Shown in pieces: positions 1 to 12,107 of a stretch of DNA of 64,000 bases. Each line of letters opens with the position of its first letter. The stretch's first letter is position 1. The notes below the pieces were generated by a model. The model was not told the origin of the DNA, did no database searches, and saw nothing but the letters and a program-made list of their open reading frames with translations. The stretch is taken from assembly GCA_030264375.1 (NCBI GenBank), contig JASCQW010000150.1, positions 23,107,407-23,171,406 on the forward strand. Reading direction: 5' to 3'. The position numbers were made by a program, and so were the translations under genes. This DNA is from Carcharhinus longimanus. Lineage: Eukaryota.

Positions 1-70
1 TTAGTCCAACCTATTTATTTGATAATATTCTCACAAGCTTTCGAGGGGACTGCCTCTTCGTCAGGTGAAT
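1..70 (-). mobile_element. Penelope-like element (PLE) terminal-repeat fragment, truncated by window start
   Basis: Minus strand reads hammerhead motif, then AATAAA, then ggttggactaa; same family as 29981-30055 and 36438-36508. Confidence 0.75.
31..68 (-). ncRNA. Minimal type-I hammerhead ribozyme (PLE-associated)
   Basis: Minus strand UCAC-CUGACGA-A-GAGG-CAGUCC-CCUC-GAA-AGCU-U-GUGA: intact core boxes, stem I UCAC/GUGA, stem II GAGG/CCUC, palindromic AGCU stem III. Confidence 0.8.
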
Positions 71-111
71 GGAGAATTCTGGCCTCAGACAGAGCATATA
101 AAGCACAGACA

Positions 112-201
112 GTTTACACAGACAGTGACCCAAGGCTGGAGTTGAACCCAGTCCTTGGCTTTGTAAGGCAGCACTGCTAACCACTGTGCCACCGTGCCAC
201 C
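112..201 (-). mobile_element. HE1-type V-SINE, 5' (tRNA-like head) fragment
   Basis: Reverse complement ggtggcacggtggcacagtggttagcagtgctgcc...gggttcaactcc shows A and B boxes and matches the other SINE heads in the window. Confidence 0.85.
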
Positions 202-1530
202 TAGCAGCAACATAACAGAAAAAAATTAAATAATTTCAAGAAAATAACAGAGCAAGTCTAACTTTAAAAAGTCAAATTTAAATTTAATAATGAAAACAGA
301 TATCCAAACATTCATTTGAAGTGGATGAGAAAATCTACACTAAAACTGAAAATAAATACTAAAAACAAATAAAAACTCAAGTAGTCAATAGATACATTTT
401 AACAAGTGTTAATCTTTAAATCATAATGTCCACCAGGCAGCATAGATAGAATAGTGTGAACTATAGAGGTGCAACAATCTGTAAATTCTCTCACATTCTT
501 GTCATTTTTTTGCACTCCATCTGTAGACTGAGTCTTACTTGTTTCCTTACAGCCTTTGATCGGACTATGTAAGCAGTAGTTGACATCTTTCAACACATGG
601 GCCCAAAGACTAATGCAGGCTTACTTAATGAAAAATAATATCAGAGTGTAACTCCACCGGAGTTTGAGTTACTGCCCATCCTTCTCGCTGACAGAAATAA
701 GTGCGCAAAAAGTAGATTTTATGCACATTCATTAAATAATTTCTAACAATCTATCACACCTGCTTGATATGCAATAGGGTTTTGCACCCAATAAAACTCA
801 GAGGCAGCAGAAGGAAAATGCTTGTGTTACCTTGATATTTCATTACAGCTCAGAATTTAATCTGAAGAGTAAGCAGGGAAAGGGGAAGGAGCCTTTGCAA
901 TGGTATGCATGCTTAAGCCACGTTAAGACTGAGGTCTGGCGTGGAAATAAGCCCAGAGCTCTGCACTGAATGTGCACCTACGAATTATCAGGACCCTACC
1001 ATATTTACAATGTTCTTACACAATGGTTCTGTAATGGGTCTTATTTCTCATTTCATTCAAGCGTACACACTCGTAACGCACAAGTGCCTATGTCAGACAC
1101 CCTGTGTGGTTAGATTAGCACCTCTTGTTATACTTTCTTGCTTCTGGGATTATTTTTAACACTTATTTCTACATCATTAAATTCCTGGTGAACCAATCAG
1201 TTTTGCTTCTAAACCTATATTTTTTTTCCTCCAGCTCTACTGTGCCTGAGGTAGTTGACCCTGAACTCTCGTCATGCGGTCTGCCTTATTAATCATCCAC
1301 TAATCGTTCAGTCAGAAATGAAAAAACACAAGAAAGGTTGCTTGTAACGAGTTAGAATTAAGCCAATGTCTCACTTTAATCAAGAAGTTTCTCAAAATGC
1401 TATTCAGCTGAGATAATTTACTTTCCGAGAAACGGTGACCTTTTTTAAGTCTCCGCATATAGAAGTAAGTGGTTAAGCAGATGCAGAACATGTTCATGAT
1501 TCCCCCACATTGAGCTGGCGAAGGACGTCA

Positions 1531-1549
1531 TACCACCAGGGGGAGTAAC
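1531..1549 (+). promoter_or_regulatory. Candidate CTCF-binding site
   Basis: taCCACCAGGGGGaGtaa is a close match to the CTCF core CCACCAGGGGGCGC, in repeat-free DNA. Motif match only. Confidence 0.4.
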
Positions 1550-2339
1550 ACAGCAGAAACCAGATACATTTCCCCTTGGATGGACAGGGAGTATGAGAGG
1601 AGCAATTTTTCGTGTTCATCCCAGAGCTGCTAGTTACAGAACAGCAATGGTAAAAACCCAGGAGCAGGAGGCCTCAACCAGGGTGTATGATGCAGAGACA
1701 ATAAGAGAAAATCTATAAATGGTCTCACCATAGTTGCAGAGTAAATGGTTAAAGAGTATTATGCACAGTTAGCATTTTCCATTCTGAGTGAATATTACAT
1801 TGGGCAATTCAAATTCCTCTAAAGACAAATTGATTGTCACAAAATGTTACAAATTATGAATGAATTACCAATTAATAAAGTGTGCATTTTGCTCTTCAAT
1901 TTTTCATAATATACCGTGAGTATGCTTGAAAATTCAGAGATTTATTTTATTGCTTTATCCTCATCAAAATTCCTTCATTAAATAGCTTTCTTATTTAATG
2001 AAAGATGGAGCCACTGAACAAAGTCCTTTATTCTTCAGTATCAAGTCAGCATAATCCATGTTGCAGTACAGTGCTATTGAAGCAGTTCATCACACTGTAC
2101 AAAACCTAATGCTTGGTAAAATCCATGAGCAATGTAAACTTCCCAATATGTAGTGAGCTCATGCCAAATATTCTCTCCATTATTTTAACATGAATTCATA
2201 TGTTTTAAATGGGTTGCAAGCTGTGTTAACTGGCAGGTAGAGGATTAATTCCATGCTGGCGTGTTAACATTTGGTTTGATGATGCTGCTCACAATCTAAT
2301 CCTTATAGAAATCCATGGGTGAATATCTTTCATCTTCTT

Positions 2340-2475
2340 CATCTCTAGATGTTTTATCTGATCTTCAGCATACACTAGCACCTTTCCTATCACCGGCATT
2401 AAACTCAGTGATCTACAGTTTCCTGGGTTAGTTATATTTCCCTTTTTGAAGATGAGAATGCTGTCCACTTTTCTA
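2340..2475 (-). mobile_element. Old CR1 LINE RT fragment
   Basis: Degenerate match to the FKKG...PGNYRPVSLTSV region of CR1 ORF2 (plus strand atctacagtttcctggg...ccctttttgaa). Confidence 0.5.
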
Positions 2476-2502
2476 CCGACATTATATATATGAGCACCAA
2501 AG

Positions 2503-3259
2503 CAATGTTATTCAACACATTCATCACTGGCCACATGTGGCCATTTATGATTCCAGATATGGCTAATTGAGTTTTTGATTAGTAAAGAACAGACATTTCC
2601 ATTTAAATCTCATCTCAATACTCAGATTTGCATAGTGTATTCATTTAATTCAATTCAATTCAATAAAGCGCGCTTTAATTTGTTTATATGCTTGTCGGCA
2701 GAATTGTATAGTGAAAAGTAGTGTTCTCCTGTCCATTTTGAGTGTTCTATTTGCTTGGTTACTGAATGATGAGAGCTGTTTGTTGAATAAATATATTATA
2801 TATATCTATATATATATGGGTGGCACAGTGGCTAGCACTGCTGCCTCACAGCACCAGGGACCCAGGTTTGATTCTGGCCTTAGCTTTGATTCTATCACTG
2901 TGTGGAGTTTGCACATTTTCCCTGTTTCCGTTAGGTTTCCTCCGGATGCTCCGGTTTCCTTCAACAGCCCAAAGATGTGTGGGTTAGATTGACTGGCTAT
3001 GCTAAACTGACACTAGCGTTTGNNNNNNNNNNNNNNNNNNNNNNNNNNNNNGAGCCTGGGTGGGACTGTTGGTCGTGCAGACTCGATAGGCTGAATGGCC
3101 TCCTTCTGCACTGTAGGGATTCTATGATATATAACATGTGCTTACCTACAGTGTGTGATGTACATAAAGCATTTTTCACTAAAATTAATGTGTGTGGTTA
3201 AACCAGTGTCACCATACCTACACTTGTTACTATTCAGCAACTACTATTGGAGAACACCG
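2503..3259. mobile_element. Putative old hAT/Charlie-like MITE interrupted by a SINE
   Basis: Degenerate TIRs caatgttattcaaca / (rc) cggtgttctccaata and subterminal ccacatgtgg palindrome; no clear 8-bp TSD. Confidence 0.4.
2818..3128 (+). mobile_element. HE1-type V-SINE (CR1 tail)
   Basis: tRNA-like head ggcacagtggctagcactgctgcctcacag, V-domain tgtggagtttgcacatt...ggtttcctccggatgctccggtttcc, tail aatggcctccttctgcactgtagggattctatg. Confidence 0.9.
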
Positions 3260-4421
3260 TACTGTTGTCTCTATTTGCTTTGTAGTTTCTTGTAGCTTTT
3301 TTTTATATTCATGCGTGCAATTTACCTTCCTTACATTTAGCAAGTTTGTCCAACACCTCCTTACTTTCCATCTTAGCTATTGTAATATCTCTCTTGATTT
3401 CTTCAATGGTCATCATTTCTATTTTGATAGCCTTTTCAGTGAAAACAGAGGCAAAATATTAAGTATACCTGCAATTTAAACATAATCTCCTGTGAGATTA
3501 TCTTGCTCATTCGTTGGTGGCGCTGAACTAATCTTAATTCCCTTTGTTTCCACCTGTGGTCTGTGCTACAAACTGCACTGTATTTTCTATGGGACACTTC
3601 CAAATTCATTTACTTCCTTATCTTTAATAAACTTAGTTTGATAATTTATCTGGCAACCATTTACCTTTACAGCCATTTTTTAGAATTTATTTTCTGTGCC
3701 TGCATTGTAAACCTAAGACAAACGCACTCCGATGTCAATTTTCCTTGCTTTGCCATTCACTCAATCAAAATCCTCCCCAACGTGCTATATCTGTCCAACT
3801 ACTGCCAGATGTAAAGTTTTTTTAAATCTTCTTCACATCATGCACAGGTGGCACTCAAAACTGTTTTTTTGCATACTTACAAACATGCAAGTTACATGTT
3901 TTAAAATATATGTGTATTATCTACCTATATGTAAACCTTTGAGTTGATCATGTCTTTTGTGCACTAATATATTTATTTGATTGGATGCCACTGCAATATT
4001 GCATCAGATTACACCTACTGTATATGAATGCATGTTGCTGTCCTTCTCTTAATATCCTCCGCAATGTCCTGAATTTCCCTTCGCATTCTTCAAAGCTCAA
4101 AGCAACAGAAAAATGAGGCAGAAATTGGGAGCTCGTCACAAATAATATCACGGGAATTTACAGGATGTGTTTTCTGACCTCCTGTGGCACCTCACACAAA
4201 ATTAATAGCCAGTGAAGTCTTCAAGTGAAGTGGGGTTAGCATGTGGAGGGCAATGGACCCTTGGTATTCAGCCCTTACTTTAAGCAAAAATTCCATCCTT
4301 ACTTTTATATTCCATTATAAATTCTTACATATACAATTATAATGCAGCTATCTATTGAAATGGATAATACTGGAAGTGAAGTGCATGCTCCAGACAGTTC
4401 TTGCACTGCAACATAATCAAT

Positions 4422-4459
4422 GGGTGGCGGGAAGGGAGGGGATGTGGGTGGTGGTGGGG
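4422..4459 (+). other. G-quadruplex-forming motif
   Basis: gggtggcgggaagggaggggatgtgggtggtggtgggg has more than four G3 runs with short loops. Confidence 0.5.
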
Positions 4460-5096
4460 TGTAAGGATGCAATTACAGTGTGACAAGATGATATTTGTAG
4501 TTCCCATTACAATTGCAGACATTGCAATTTATCATGGAAAAGTTAACAAAGTGAATGCAGATGCAAGATGTCATACTTCACGCGTCATATTTTAAAGTCT
4601 CAAACATATTTTGAAAGGGAGAAGGAAAGTCTTCATTTCATGCCGGTTCATTTAATACGGAACTGGAACTTACAAGCACCTGATGATCTGTAAATGTCCC
4701 TCACCAACAGCAGATACCCTTTGGCTGTTCCTATATAGAACAATTAAACCTTGCATCCTCAAAGGGAATTACAATATGCATTTACTATGAGCGTTGGCAC
4801 GGCAGGTACGCTGGCAAACTTAAATAAGCAGACATTCAAAGATCATATCACCCTAAATCTGTGAACTTAGCTATTCACCACTGAAGGGATGTCAGCTCCC
4901 CCTCCGTCATGGGCGAAAAATAAATTGACCTCCCACAATATTAAAATAAGATCCTTTTTTAAAAAAACCTCTAGTCCAGGTAAAAGAGTTCAGAACTATA
5001 AAGAACTGTATTGGTGCTGTTTTATTCATATGCATTCTTAATTAAACCCAATCATGTTTCAGAAATGAACCACAATTTGAAACCTGTTTATTGCAG

Positions 5097-5690
5097 CGCA
5101 GTTAGACTGGAGGGACCAGTATGTCTGCATGTCTTGAGCCCTGTGGAGCAGATGCACGCTGACTATGATTGGGATACCACTGCTAAGACATTGGCCAACA
5201 GCAGGACTGAAACTGTTAAAATCGATGGTGTCCTTGCATCTAATCTTCTTTTGCACATTCCACATTTCTTCAGCCCACCCTCTCTTCTCACCAACAGGTT
5301 GCAAATTGTCTAAGCAGGCACCTCTTCTTTTCCATTGCTCTCTTGCACCACAACCTTAGTCTTTCTCCTGTCCAACCTGCCCAGGCAGCAGAAGGACACC
5401 AAGAAGGGAGTGATGATAAAGATACAACACTGTCACTAGATCTCACACTTGCAGCAATCAGCTCAGATACTGAAACTGTCCAATTCAGAGGATAACACTG
5501 AGATGGAATCGGGATGTGGTGAGACGCAATGCACGAACGAGCTGCAGCCAGGGCAGGTGACAATGTAGGTGCCACTCACCAGAAGGTGAGATCAAACATG
5601 GATTCCACTCTATTGGATTTACATAAAGTACTTTGATGGGTGGCCTACAGAAGAATGCTGACAGGCATGCGCAATGAAATGCTTTGTGCA
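5097..5690 (+). pseudogene. Fossil Myb/SANT-like DNA-binding ORF of a PIF/Harbinger transposon
   Basis: After acceptor ttattgcag, frameshifted TGG(G)PVCLHVLSPVEQM..TMIG, then an acidic/Ser-Thr segment EGHQEGSDDKDTTLSLDLTLAAISSDTET, as typical of Harbinger Myb/SANT partner proteins; stops present. Confidence 0.6.
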
Positions 5691-5730
5691 TTGGGAAACC
5701 TCCTACATTCAATGTCAAGGAGCATGGACC

Positions 5731-5836
5731 TGTACTGATGAAAGGTCACAGACCTGAAATGTTAACTCTGCTTTTCTCTCCTCAGGTGCTGCCCAACCTA
5801 CTAATTATTTCTAACATTTACTGTTTGTACCTCAGC
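5731..5836 (+). mobile_element. Second PLE-associated short repeat with a partly decayed hammerhead
   Basis: CUGAUGA-A-AGGUC-ACA-GACCU-GAA-AUGU-U-AACU followed by ctgcttttctctcctcaggtgctgcc...atttctaacatttactgttt; related reverse fragments at 26219-26283 and ~63890-64000. Confidence 0.7.
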
Positions 5837-6174
5837 ACCAACTTGATACAAGGCTCTATGCTGTGGTAAGGGACATTCCAATTTTTCTACCATGGAGATG
5901 GAGTCCAATTCTATTTATATACCAATGAAGCAATATTCAACCTAAGCTGCACAGCCGCATTCTCAAAGCTCTCACACATAAAGGGCACAAGTCAACGCCT
6001 TTATTATACATGATTAGCCAAGTATTGCAGGGCTCTTCCGTATCAAAGCAAGCAGCTGAAGCATTGGTTCAATCCACTAATAGTCCAATCTATTGCATTT
6101 CATTGTACGTATGCTACACATTTGTGCAGGAGTCTGCACATGTGGCACAGCNNNNNNNNNNTAGTTGGACTTAC

Positions 6175-6808
6175 ATACGTACATACAAAAGCCAAGCAGA
6201 ATAGGCCATTCAGTCCCTTGAGGCAGCCCCGCCATTCAATAAGGTCATGGTTGATAGGAATGTGGAACTTGAAACATAGCCTATCTATTCCTAATAACCT
6301 CTGATCCCCTTGCCCAACGAGAATCCATTTACTTTTGCCTTAAAAATAGTCAATGACCCCACCACCGTCTTCTGAGGCACAGAGTTCCAAAACTGCAAAA
6401 TCCTCAGAGAAACTGGCTGGAATTTTCCAGCCATTCACGTCCTGTTACCATTGCAAGCGAGAATGGAGAATTTGGTGCTCGAACAAATCTCTGTTCATTG
6501 CAGTGGGACCAGAGAACCCCGCTGGTATGAACAGCCTGAAAATTCCAGCCACAAGTTCTCCTTATCTCCAACCTAAAAGGGCAACCCCTAATCTTAAAAG
6601 AGTGCCCGAGCTCTGGACTCACTCACAAGAGGAAACATCCTTTCCACTTCCACTTTGTCAAGACCACTCAAGATCTTATATCCTTCAATCAAGTCACCCT
6701 GGCTCTTCTGAGCTCTAATAGAAGCAAACTCAAGCTGTCTGACCTTTCCTCATAAGGCAATCCACTCATTCCAGGTATCAATCCAGTAAACCTCCTCTGA
6801 ACCACCTT
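6175..6808 (-). mobile_element. CR1 LINE 3' end, split by a MITE
   Basis: Tail gcagaataggccattcagtcccttgag...gccattcaataag and ORF2 C-terminal remnant (ctttcctcataagg, gtaaacctcctctgaac = rc of QRRFT..I...YEER). Confidence 0.8.
6414..6551. mobile_element. MITE with perfect 14-bp TIRs (Harbinger-like)
   Basis: tggctggaattttc ... gaaaattccagcca; interrupts a CR1; related copy at 53378-53515. Confidence 0.85.
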
Positions 6809-6928
6809 GGTCTCTTGTAGCCACTTTAGTTCATCAAGGTGGCTCAAATGCAGCTGCTTACAGCTGTCAAATTAAAGCGCCATGATTGTTGCCTGTACAC
6901 TTGGCATTTAGCAGTTTAACTTAATACC

Positions 6929-7494
6929 CATAGAACATGAAAAACTACAGCACAAACAGGCCCTTCGGCCCACAAGTTGCACCAATCATATCCCTACCTA
7001 CCAGGCTTACCTATAACCCTCAATCCTATTAAGTCCCGTGTATTCATCCAGAAATCTCTTAAAAGACCCTATCGAATTTGCTTCCATCACCACCAAAGGC
7101 AGCCAATTCCACCCTCCCACCACTCTGAGTGAAAAACTTATCCCTGACATCTCTCTGTACCTACTCCCCAGCACCTTAAACCTGTGTNNNNNNNNNNNNN
7201 NNNNNNNNNNNNNNNNNNNNNNNNNNNNNNNNNNNNNNNNNNNNNNNNNNNNNNNNNNNNNNNNNNNNNNNNNNNNNNNNNNNNNNNACTCCCCAGCACC
7301 TTAAACCTGTGTCCTCTCATAGCAACCATTTCAGCCCTGGGAAAAAGCCTCTGAGAATCCACCCGATCTACACCTCTCAACATCTTGTACACCTCTATCA
7401 GGTCACCTCTCATCCTTTGTCTCTCCAAGGAGAAAAAACTGAGCTCCCTCAACCTATCCTCATAAGGCATGCTACTCAATCCAGGCAACATCCT
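6929..7494 (-). mobile_element. Young CR1 LINE 3' end (5'-truncated)
   Basis: ORF 7138-7491 LPGLSSMPYEDRLRELSFFSLERQRMRGDLIEVYKMLRG...RGHRFKV is the CR1 ORF2 C-terminus; (tctatg)-type tail. Confidence 0.95.
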
Positions 7495-7569
7495 TGATCA
7501 CACACCTGCAGGCCATCAAGGGAGTGGAATCATTTTCAGTTCCAACATGGGGCAGAGATGTCATGCAAT

Positions 7570-7979
7570 ACCCAGAAAGTGATATACATACAGTCAGTGG
7601 AATCTTTGTAAACCCTGGTGATTGCTTCCTTCTGCTTTTCTCTTGCAAGAAAGAATGAAATGCATTCATCTTTCTTTGAACGGAGAACGTTTGTGAAGTT
7701 CATCACACAAGCAGGTGCAGCAAACTATAAAATGTTGCAAATATCATCAGCTCCAGTCCAGAGCCCGGACACATAAGAGGTCATCACTACAATCACCTTT
7801 ACAGGTATTGGAAATGTGGTCCTTACCCTATTCTGTGGTGACAGCTGTGCTTGCAGCTAGTGACAGATTTCAGTGAGGGCGTCCTTACTGAAGCACTAGT
7901 GTCTCAGGCATTGTTCCATGCTGAGGTTCAGGTCAAAGAATTGTTCCCTGAAGACTGTGGGCAGATACAGCCTCCTACT
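7570..7979 (-). pseudogene. Fossil PIF/Harbinger (HARBI1-like) transposase, N-terminal part
   Basis: One minus frame: RRLYLPTVFREQFFDLNLSMEQCLRH*CFSKDALTEICH*LQAQL...PVKVIVVMTSYVSG..GADDICNIL*FA...FTNVL...ISFFLAREKQKE, then GFTKI/DCMYI; colinear with the HARBI1-type N-terminus up to the first catalytic D; three stops and a frameshift. Confidence 0.8.
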
Positions 7980-10145
7980 GGGTGTCCTTTCCCTCCTCCT
8001 GCCTTTTCCAGCAGCTTGTCCTGTTCTGCGTGGCCTCTGCTCATTTACCCAGTCATGGTTTATTTCAAAAGGAATGCATATTGGTGCATCTTAGGGATGC
8101 AAAACAAATGCTGGCCTAACCAGTAACAGCCACATCTGTGAAAGAATTAAAAAAAAAGTCATGTCTTGGAGTAACTGGTTTGCAAAGAAGCCATGAAGTC
8201 AACAGCAAGTCCTTCAGCTCCTATCACATCACTTCCTGTAGACTTCTGCAACTTAAAACAATTATAGAAAGCATGAAACATGTGTGTACTAATTGTAGCA
8301 GCAGACAGAAGAAATCAATCAGCATTTAACCTGTGAAGTAGTTAAGAACACCCTTAAATAGCACAGGTGGGGGGAGGCCCTCCCAGCTGTTCAACACCTG
8401 TTCAATTGTGCAAGGTTAAGAGAGGCCATTGGCTGCAGTGTTGAGCTCCAAAATGGCACAGCATGATCTGTCTGCTCTGCATACTTCTGGGATAGTTTCA
8501 CTGCACATGCTTGCACTAATGCCTGCACCAATATGGCATCTGGTGCGATTACCCCACAAGTATGTGCATGTGCTGCTGATGGTATTTTGGAGCTTCAAGT
8601 GCAATCACAGCACCTAAAGATCTAGCACTAATGAGTCCAAAGTCATGCTCATGTCATGTGACCACACCTCACTGCTCACTTGCAAGAAGCACACCCTCAG
8701 TAAACTAGCAATGCCACAGTGTTTTTAACACTTGCTAACTTACTGGAGGAAAGTTACACCTATTGTTTATTTGAGCGCAGACTAATTTGTTTAGATTGAT
8801 AAAACGGCAGATGCTACATTTTTCAGAATAATTTATCTCTTCTTTGCTTTAATAAACATATACACAAGTTCGGAGGATCAAATTCCAAGAATGAGGCATT
8901 GGACAATTGTAGGCCTGTTGCACTTTGCGTTTGTTCAAAAATTGAAGTAAAAGGAAATGAGAAAATGATGTGTGACATCTTGAATATCACTTTCAGCTAC
9001 AAAGAGGTGAAGCTTTCAGTAATGTGTGACACCATGCATATGACTAGCATAACTGTAGCCTTCTGACAGAAGAACTGAAGGAAATGGTTACATCCTGTGT
9101 CACTGCAAACAAAAATTATTTTAGTGCCAGTTTTCAGACCCCTACAAAAGCCCTGAAGGCACATTCAGTGCTACTTTGTTGCACAGTAATTTTTAAATAT
9201 ACATATATATATTACATATATAAAACATATGTATAAGCCTGTCTTGAAAGGAAAGAATTGCAGGTCACCTACAATGTCCCTCAATATGGTAACTTAAGTC
9301 TAGAATGATCAAGCTGGTATTTATAGAATGGACACATGCCTGTGAGAAGGTGACCACAACAATGCATATTTCCTCCGAGCTAAAATGTTTTATAGCACTA
9401 GCTGCTCTGTCAGCAGCTAAGGAAGTAGTTACATTGTCCAGCTGCAGCATCTAATTGAGTCGCCTTTAATATATTTGGAAGCTGTGGCTGGAAACACCAC
9501 AACAAATACTTTCTGGCTGGTATCTGGCCAGGCATTCTTTCCCTCGAGTACCATCTTCTAATTGCAACAGTCACCAGCTGTCTATCCTGGCACAAAAACC
9601 AGACGCGATCTGTTTGCCTGTTGTCCAAGTTCAATTATGCAGTATTAAGCCAAGGCACTAAATGTGTACAGGAGATCTGTTGGGCCTTGCCCACAGCTCA
9701 GCGCTGGAGGAAAAGGGGAGTGGAGTTTCCTATCTCACTTTAACTGGTTCGTTCCTTGAAACACTTAAAAATAGCTCTCAGCCTGAATGTCATTGATTCA
9801 TTCACTGACATGCTTACTTATGGTTCTCAGCAGAAAATATTCAGAAGTATTTAAATGCTGTTTTGCCCATCGATGTTCATAATTTTTGAGTACTTGTGTC
9901 AATTTTCTTGATTTGAAGCCTTTTTTGTGTATTTTTTTAAGGATATGACATTGTAGTGATTCCAAAAGAAGTAAAACATTTCATAAGAAAGAAAGCCACT
10001 GAAAGCTGTATATTTTGTACTGAATGATTACATGCAAGAAATGATGGTATATTAAAATAATAATCATCTATATGATGATATACAAGATACACAAGTTTAA
10101 AAATTTGTTAGTTTTGTACTAGATTTTTCTGCTCCTAGACTCTTA

Positions 10146-10533
10146 ACATAAGAACATAAGAAGTAGGAGCAGGAGTAGGCCATCTAGCCCTTCGAGCCTG
10201 CCCCGCCATTCAATAAGATNNNNNNNNNNNNNNNNNNNNNNNNNNNNNNNNNNNNNNNNNNNNNNNNNNNNNNNNNNNNNNNNNNNNNNNNNNNNNNNNN
10301 NNNNNNNNNNNNNNNNNNNCTAAGGCATCCACTATCACCTCTGCCATTTCCTTCAGAACCCTGGGATGCATTCCATCCGGTCCTGGGGACTTGTCCGCCA
10401 TCAGTCCCGCTCGTCGATCAAGCACTACCTCTCTAGTGACAGTAATCGCATTCAGGCTCTCAACTCCTACCATCGTTCTATCTTTAATATCTGGCAAACT
10501 ATTCGTGTCCTCCTCCGTGAAGACCAAGGCAAA
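10146..10533 (-). mobile_element. CR1 LINE (RT N-terminus plus 3' tail; middle collapsed into an N gap)
   Basis: ORF VFTEEDTN...DKSPGPDGMHPRVLKEMAEVIVDAL; tail aacataagaacataagaagtaggagcaggagtaggcc. Confidence 0.93.
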
Positions 10534-10539
10534 AAACTG

Positions 10540-10835
10540 TTACAGTACAGAAGGAGGATATTTGACCCATCATGCATGTGCCAGCTCTTTGAAACAGCTG
10601 TCCAATTAATTCCCTTCCCCTGTCTCATTCCCAGTGCCTTGCAATATTTTCTTTGTCAAGTATTTACCCAATTCCTTTTAGAAATTACTGTAGAATCTAC
10701 TTGCACCATTCTTTCTGACAATGTTTTCCAGACCATAACTATACTTATTTTGCTCCTCGTCTCCCCTCAGGTTCTTAATTACCAATCATCTTAAACTTGT
10801 TCCCCTTTGGTTACCGATGTCCTCAATCTTCTGCC
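10540..10835 (-). mobile_element. Older CR1 LINE 3' end
   Basis: tacagtacagaaggaggatatttgacccatc tail and WN.L-type C-terminal remnant. Confidence 0.7.
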
Positions 10836-11768
10836 AGGCGATTGAGAAACAGGATCATTATATGAATGATAGGCTACTGAAAACAGACACACCAGTTGCA
10901 AAACATTTCCATTGCTTTGGTAACCCAAAAAGTGAAGGAAAATCATTACTCAAATGAAGGCATTTAGCTGATGAACCATACACATCTGAAGTACACTAGC
11001 AAAAAAAAGTTTAAGTTTTAGATCAGTTAACTTATGCACACAGCAGGTGCTCTACTTGTAAATCACGGTGGAATGTTAACTGAAATTTCAACCATGCCTT
11101 TTGGACTTCAAAGATGCTTTGAATAGCATTCTTTGGCTCTCATTTTGGAAAATCTTGTAAATTCCTAGGCCATCAGAAATTCCCATGTTCTGAATCAGGA
11201 ATACCTGTGCATATGTAAAGCTTACAAGCCAAGGTCAGAGTCCCTGACTGCTCTCGCTTCAAGATAAGGCAGTTGGAAGATGTGTGCATTAACAAAGCAA
11301 ATCAGTTTGAGAACCATCCAAAAGTTAAAAATGTAGAGATCTGAAATGAAGACATAGTGAAGCAAGTAATATTCAGTATACTATCTCAATTTTCTTACCA
11401 CTGCAGGTGATTGCACCTATTTTGGTCGGTAAAAGGCATGACACAGCTGACAAGTAGCATCATACGCAAGGTGGATATGGTGTGGTACTATCTTAGCTTT
11501 ATTTGCCAATAGTTGTAATTCCTAATGAATGGATTTAGGATTGAGAAGTCTACCAATTGGGAGCCATCAATATCTCTGCATCCTTTTTTATGTTCCATGC
11601 AACACAAGTGCAGTTTAACAGGAGAAATTATGAAATTTTCATCTGTATTTATCACTTTCACCAAGAAAGGACTGAAAACAAAATCTAATCAATTAAGCAG
11701 CTATTTATCTCCTACTGTCTATTTGAGTGAGACCTGGGGACATACACAGCAAGAATAAAAGATTCTAA

Positions 11769-12107
11769 GGGCAGCACAGTGTTTAGCACTGTTGCCTCAC
11801 AGCACCAGGGATCTGGGTTTGATCCTGGCCTTGGGAAACTGTGTAGAGTTTACACATTCTCCCCGTAGCTCCTCCGGGTGCTTTGGTTTCCTCCCACTGT
11901 CCAAAGTTGTGTAGGTTAGGTGGATTGGCCATGTTAAATTTCCCTTTGTGTCCCAAAATGTGTAGGATAGGTGGATTAACCATAGTTAATACGTGGGGTT
12001 GTGGGGTTATGGGGATAGGGCAGAGGGGAAGGTCTGCACAGGATGCTGTTTTGGTGAGTCAGTCCTGTCATGATGGATTGAATGTGCTCTTGCATGGTTC
12101 GATGGTT
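11769..12107 (+). mobile_element. HE1-type V-SINE
   Basis: tRNA-like head plus V-domain ggtttcctcccactgtccaaag...ggattggccatgttaaatt. Confidence 0.88.

Noticed and set aside
2818-2880. tRNA-like heads (here and in about a dozen other places) as tRNA genes
   Set aside because: Each continues into a V-domain and LINE tail; they are SINE heads without intact cloverleaves.
7163-7312. Apparent direct repeat actccccagcaccttaaacctgtgt on both sides of an N gap (likewise 52388-52545 and 54013-54149)
   Set aside because: The same or nearly the same sequence flanks a ~100-N gap, indicating unmerged contig overlaps (assembly artefact), not real tandem repeats.
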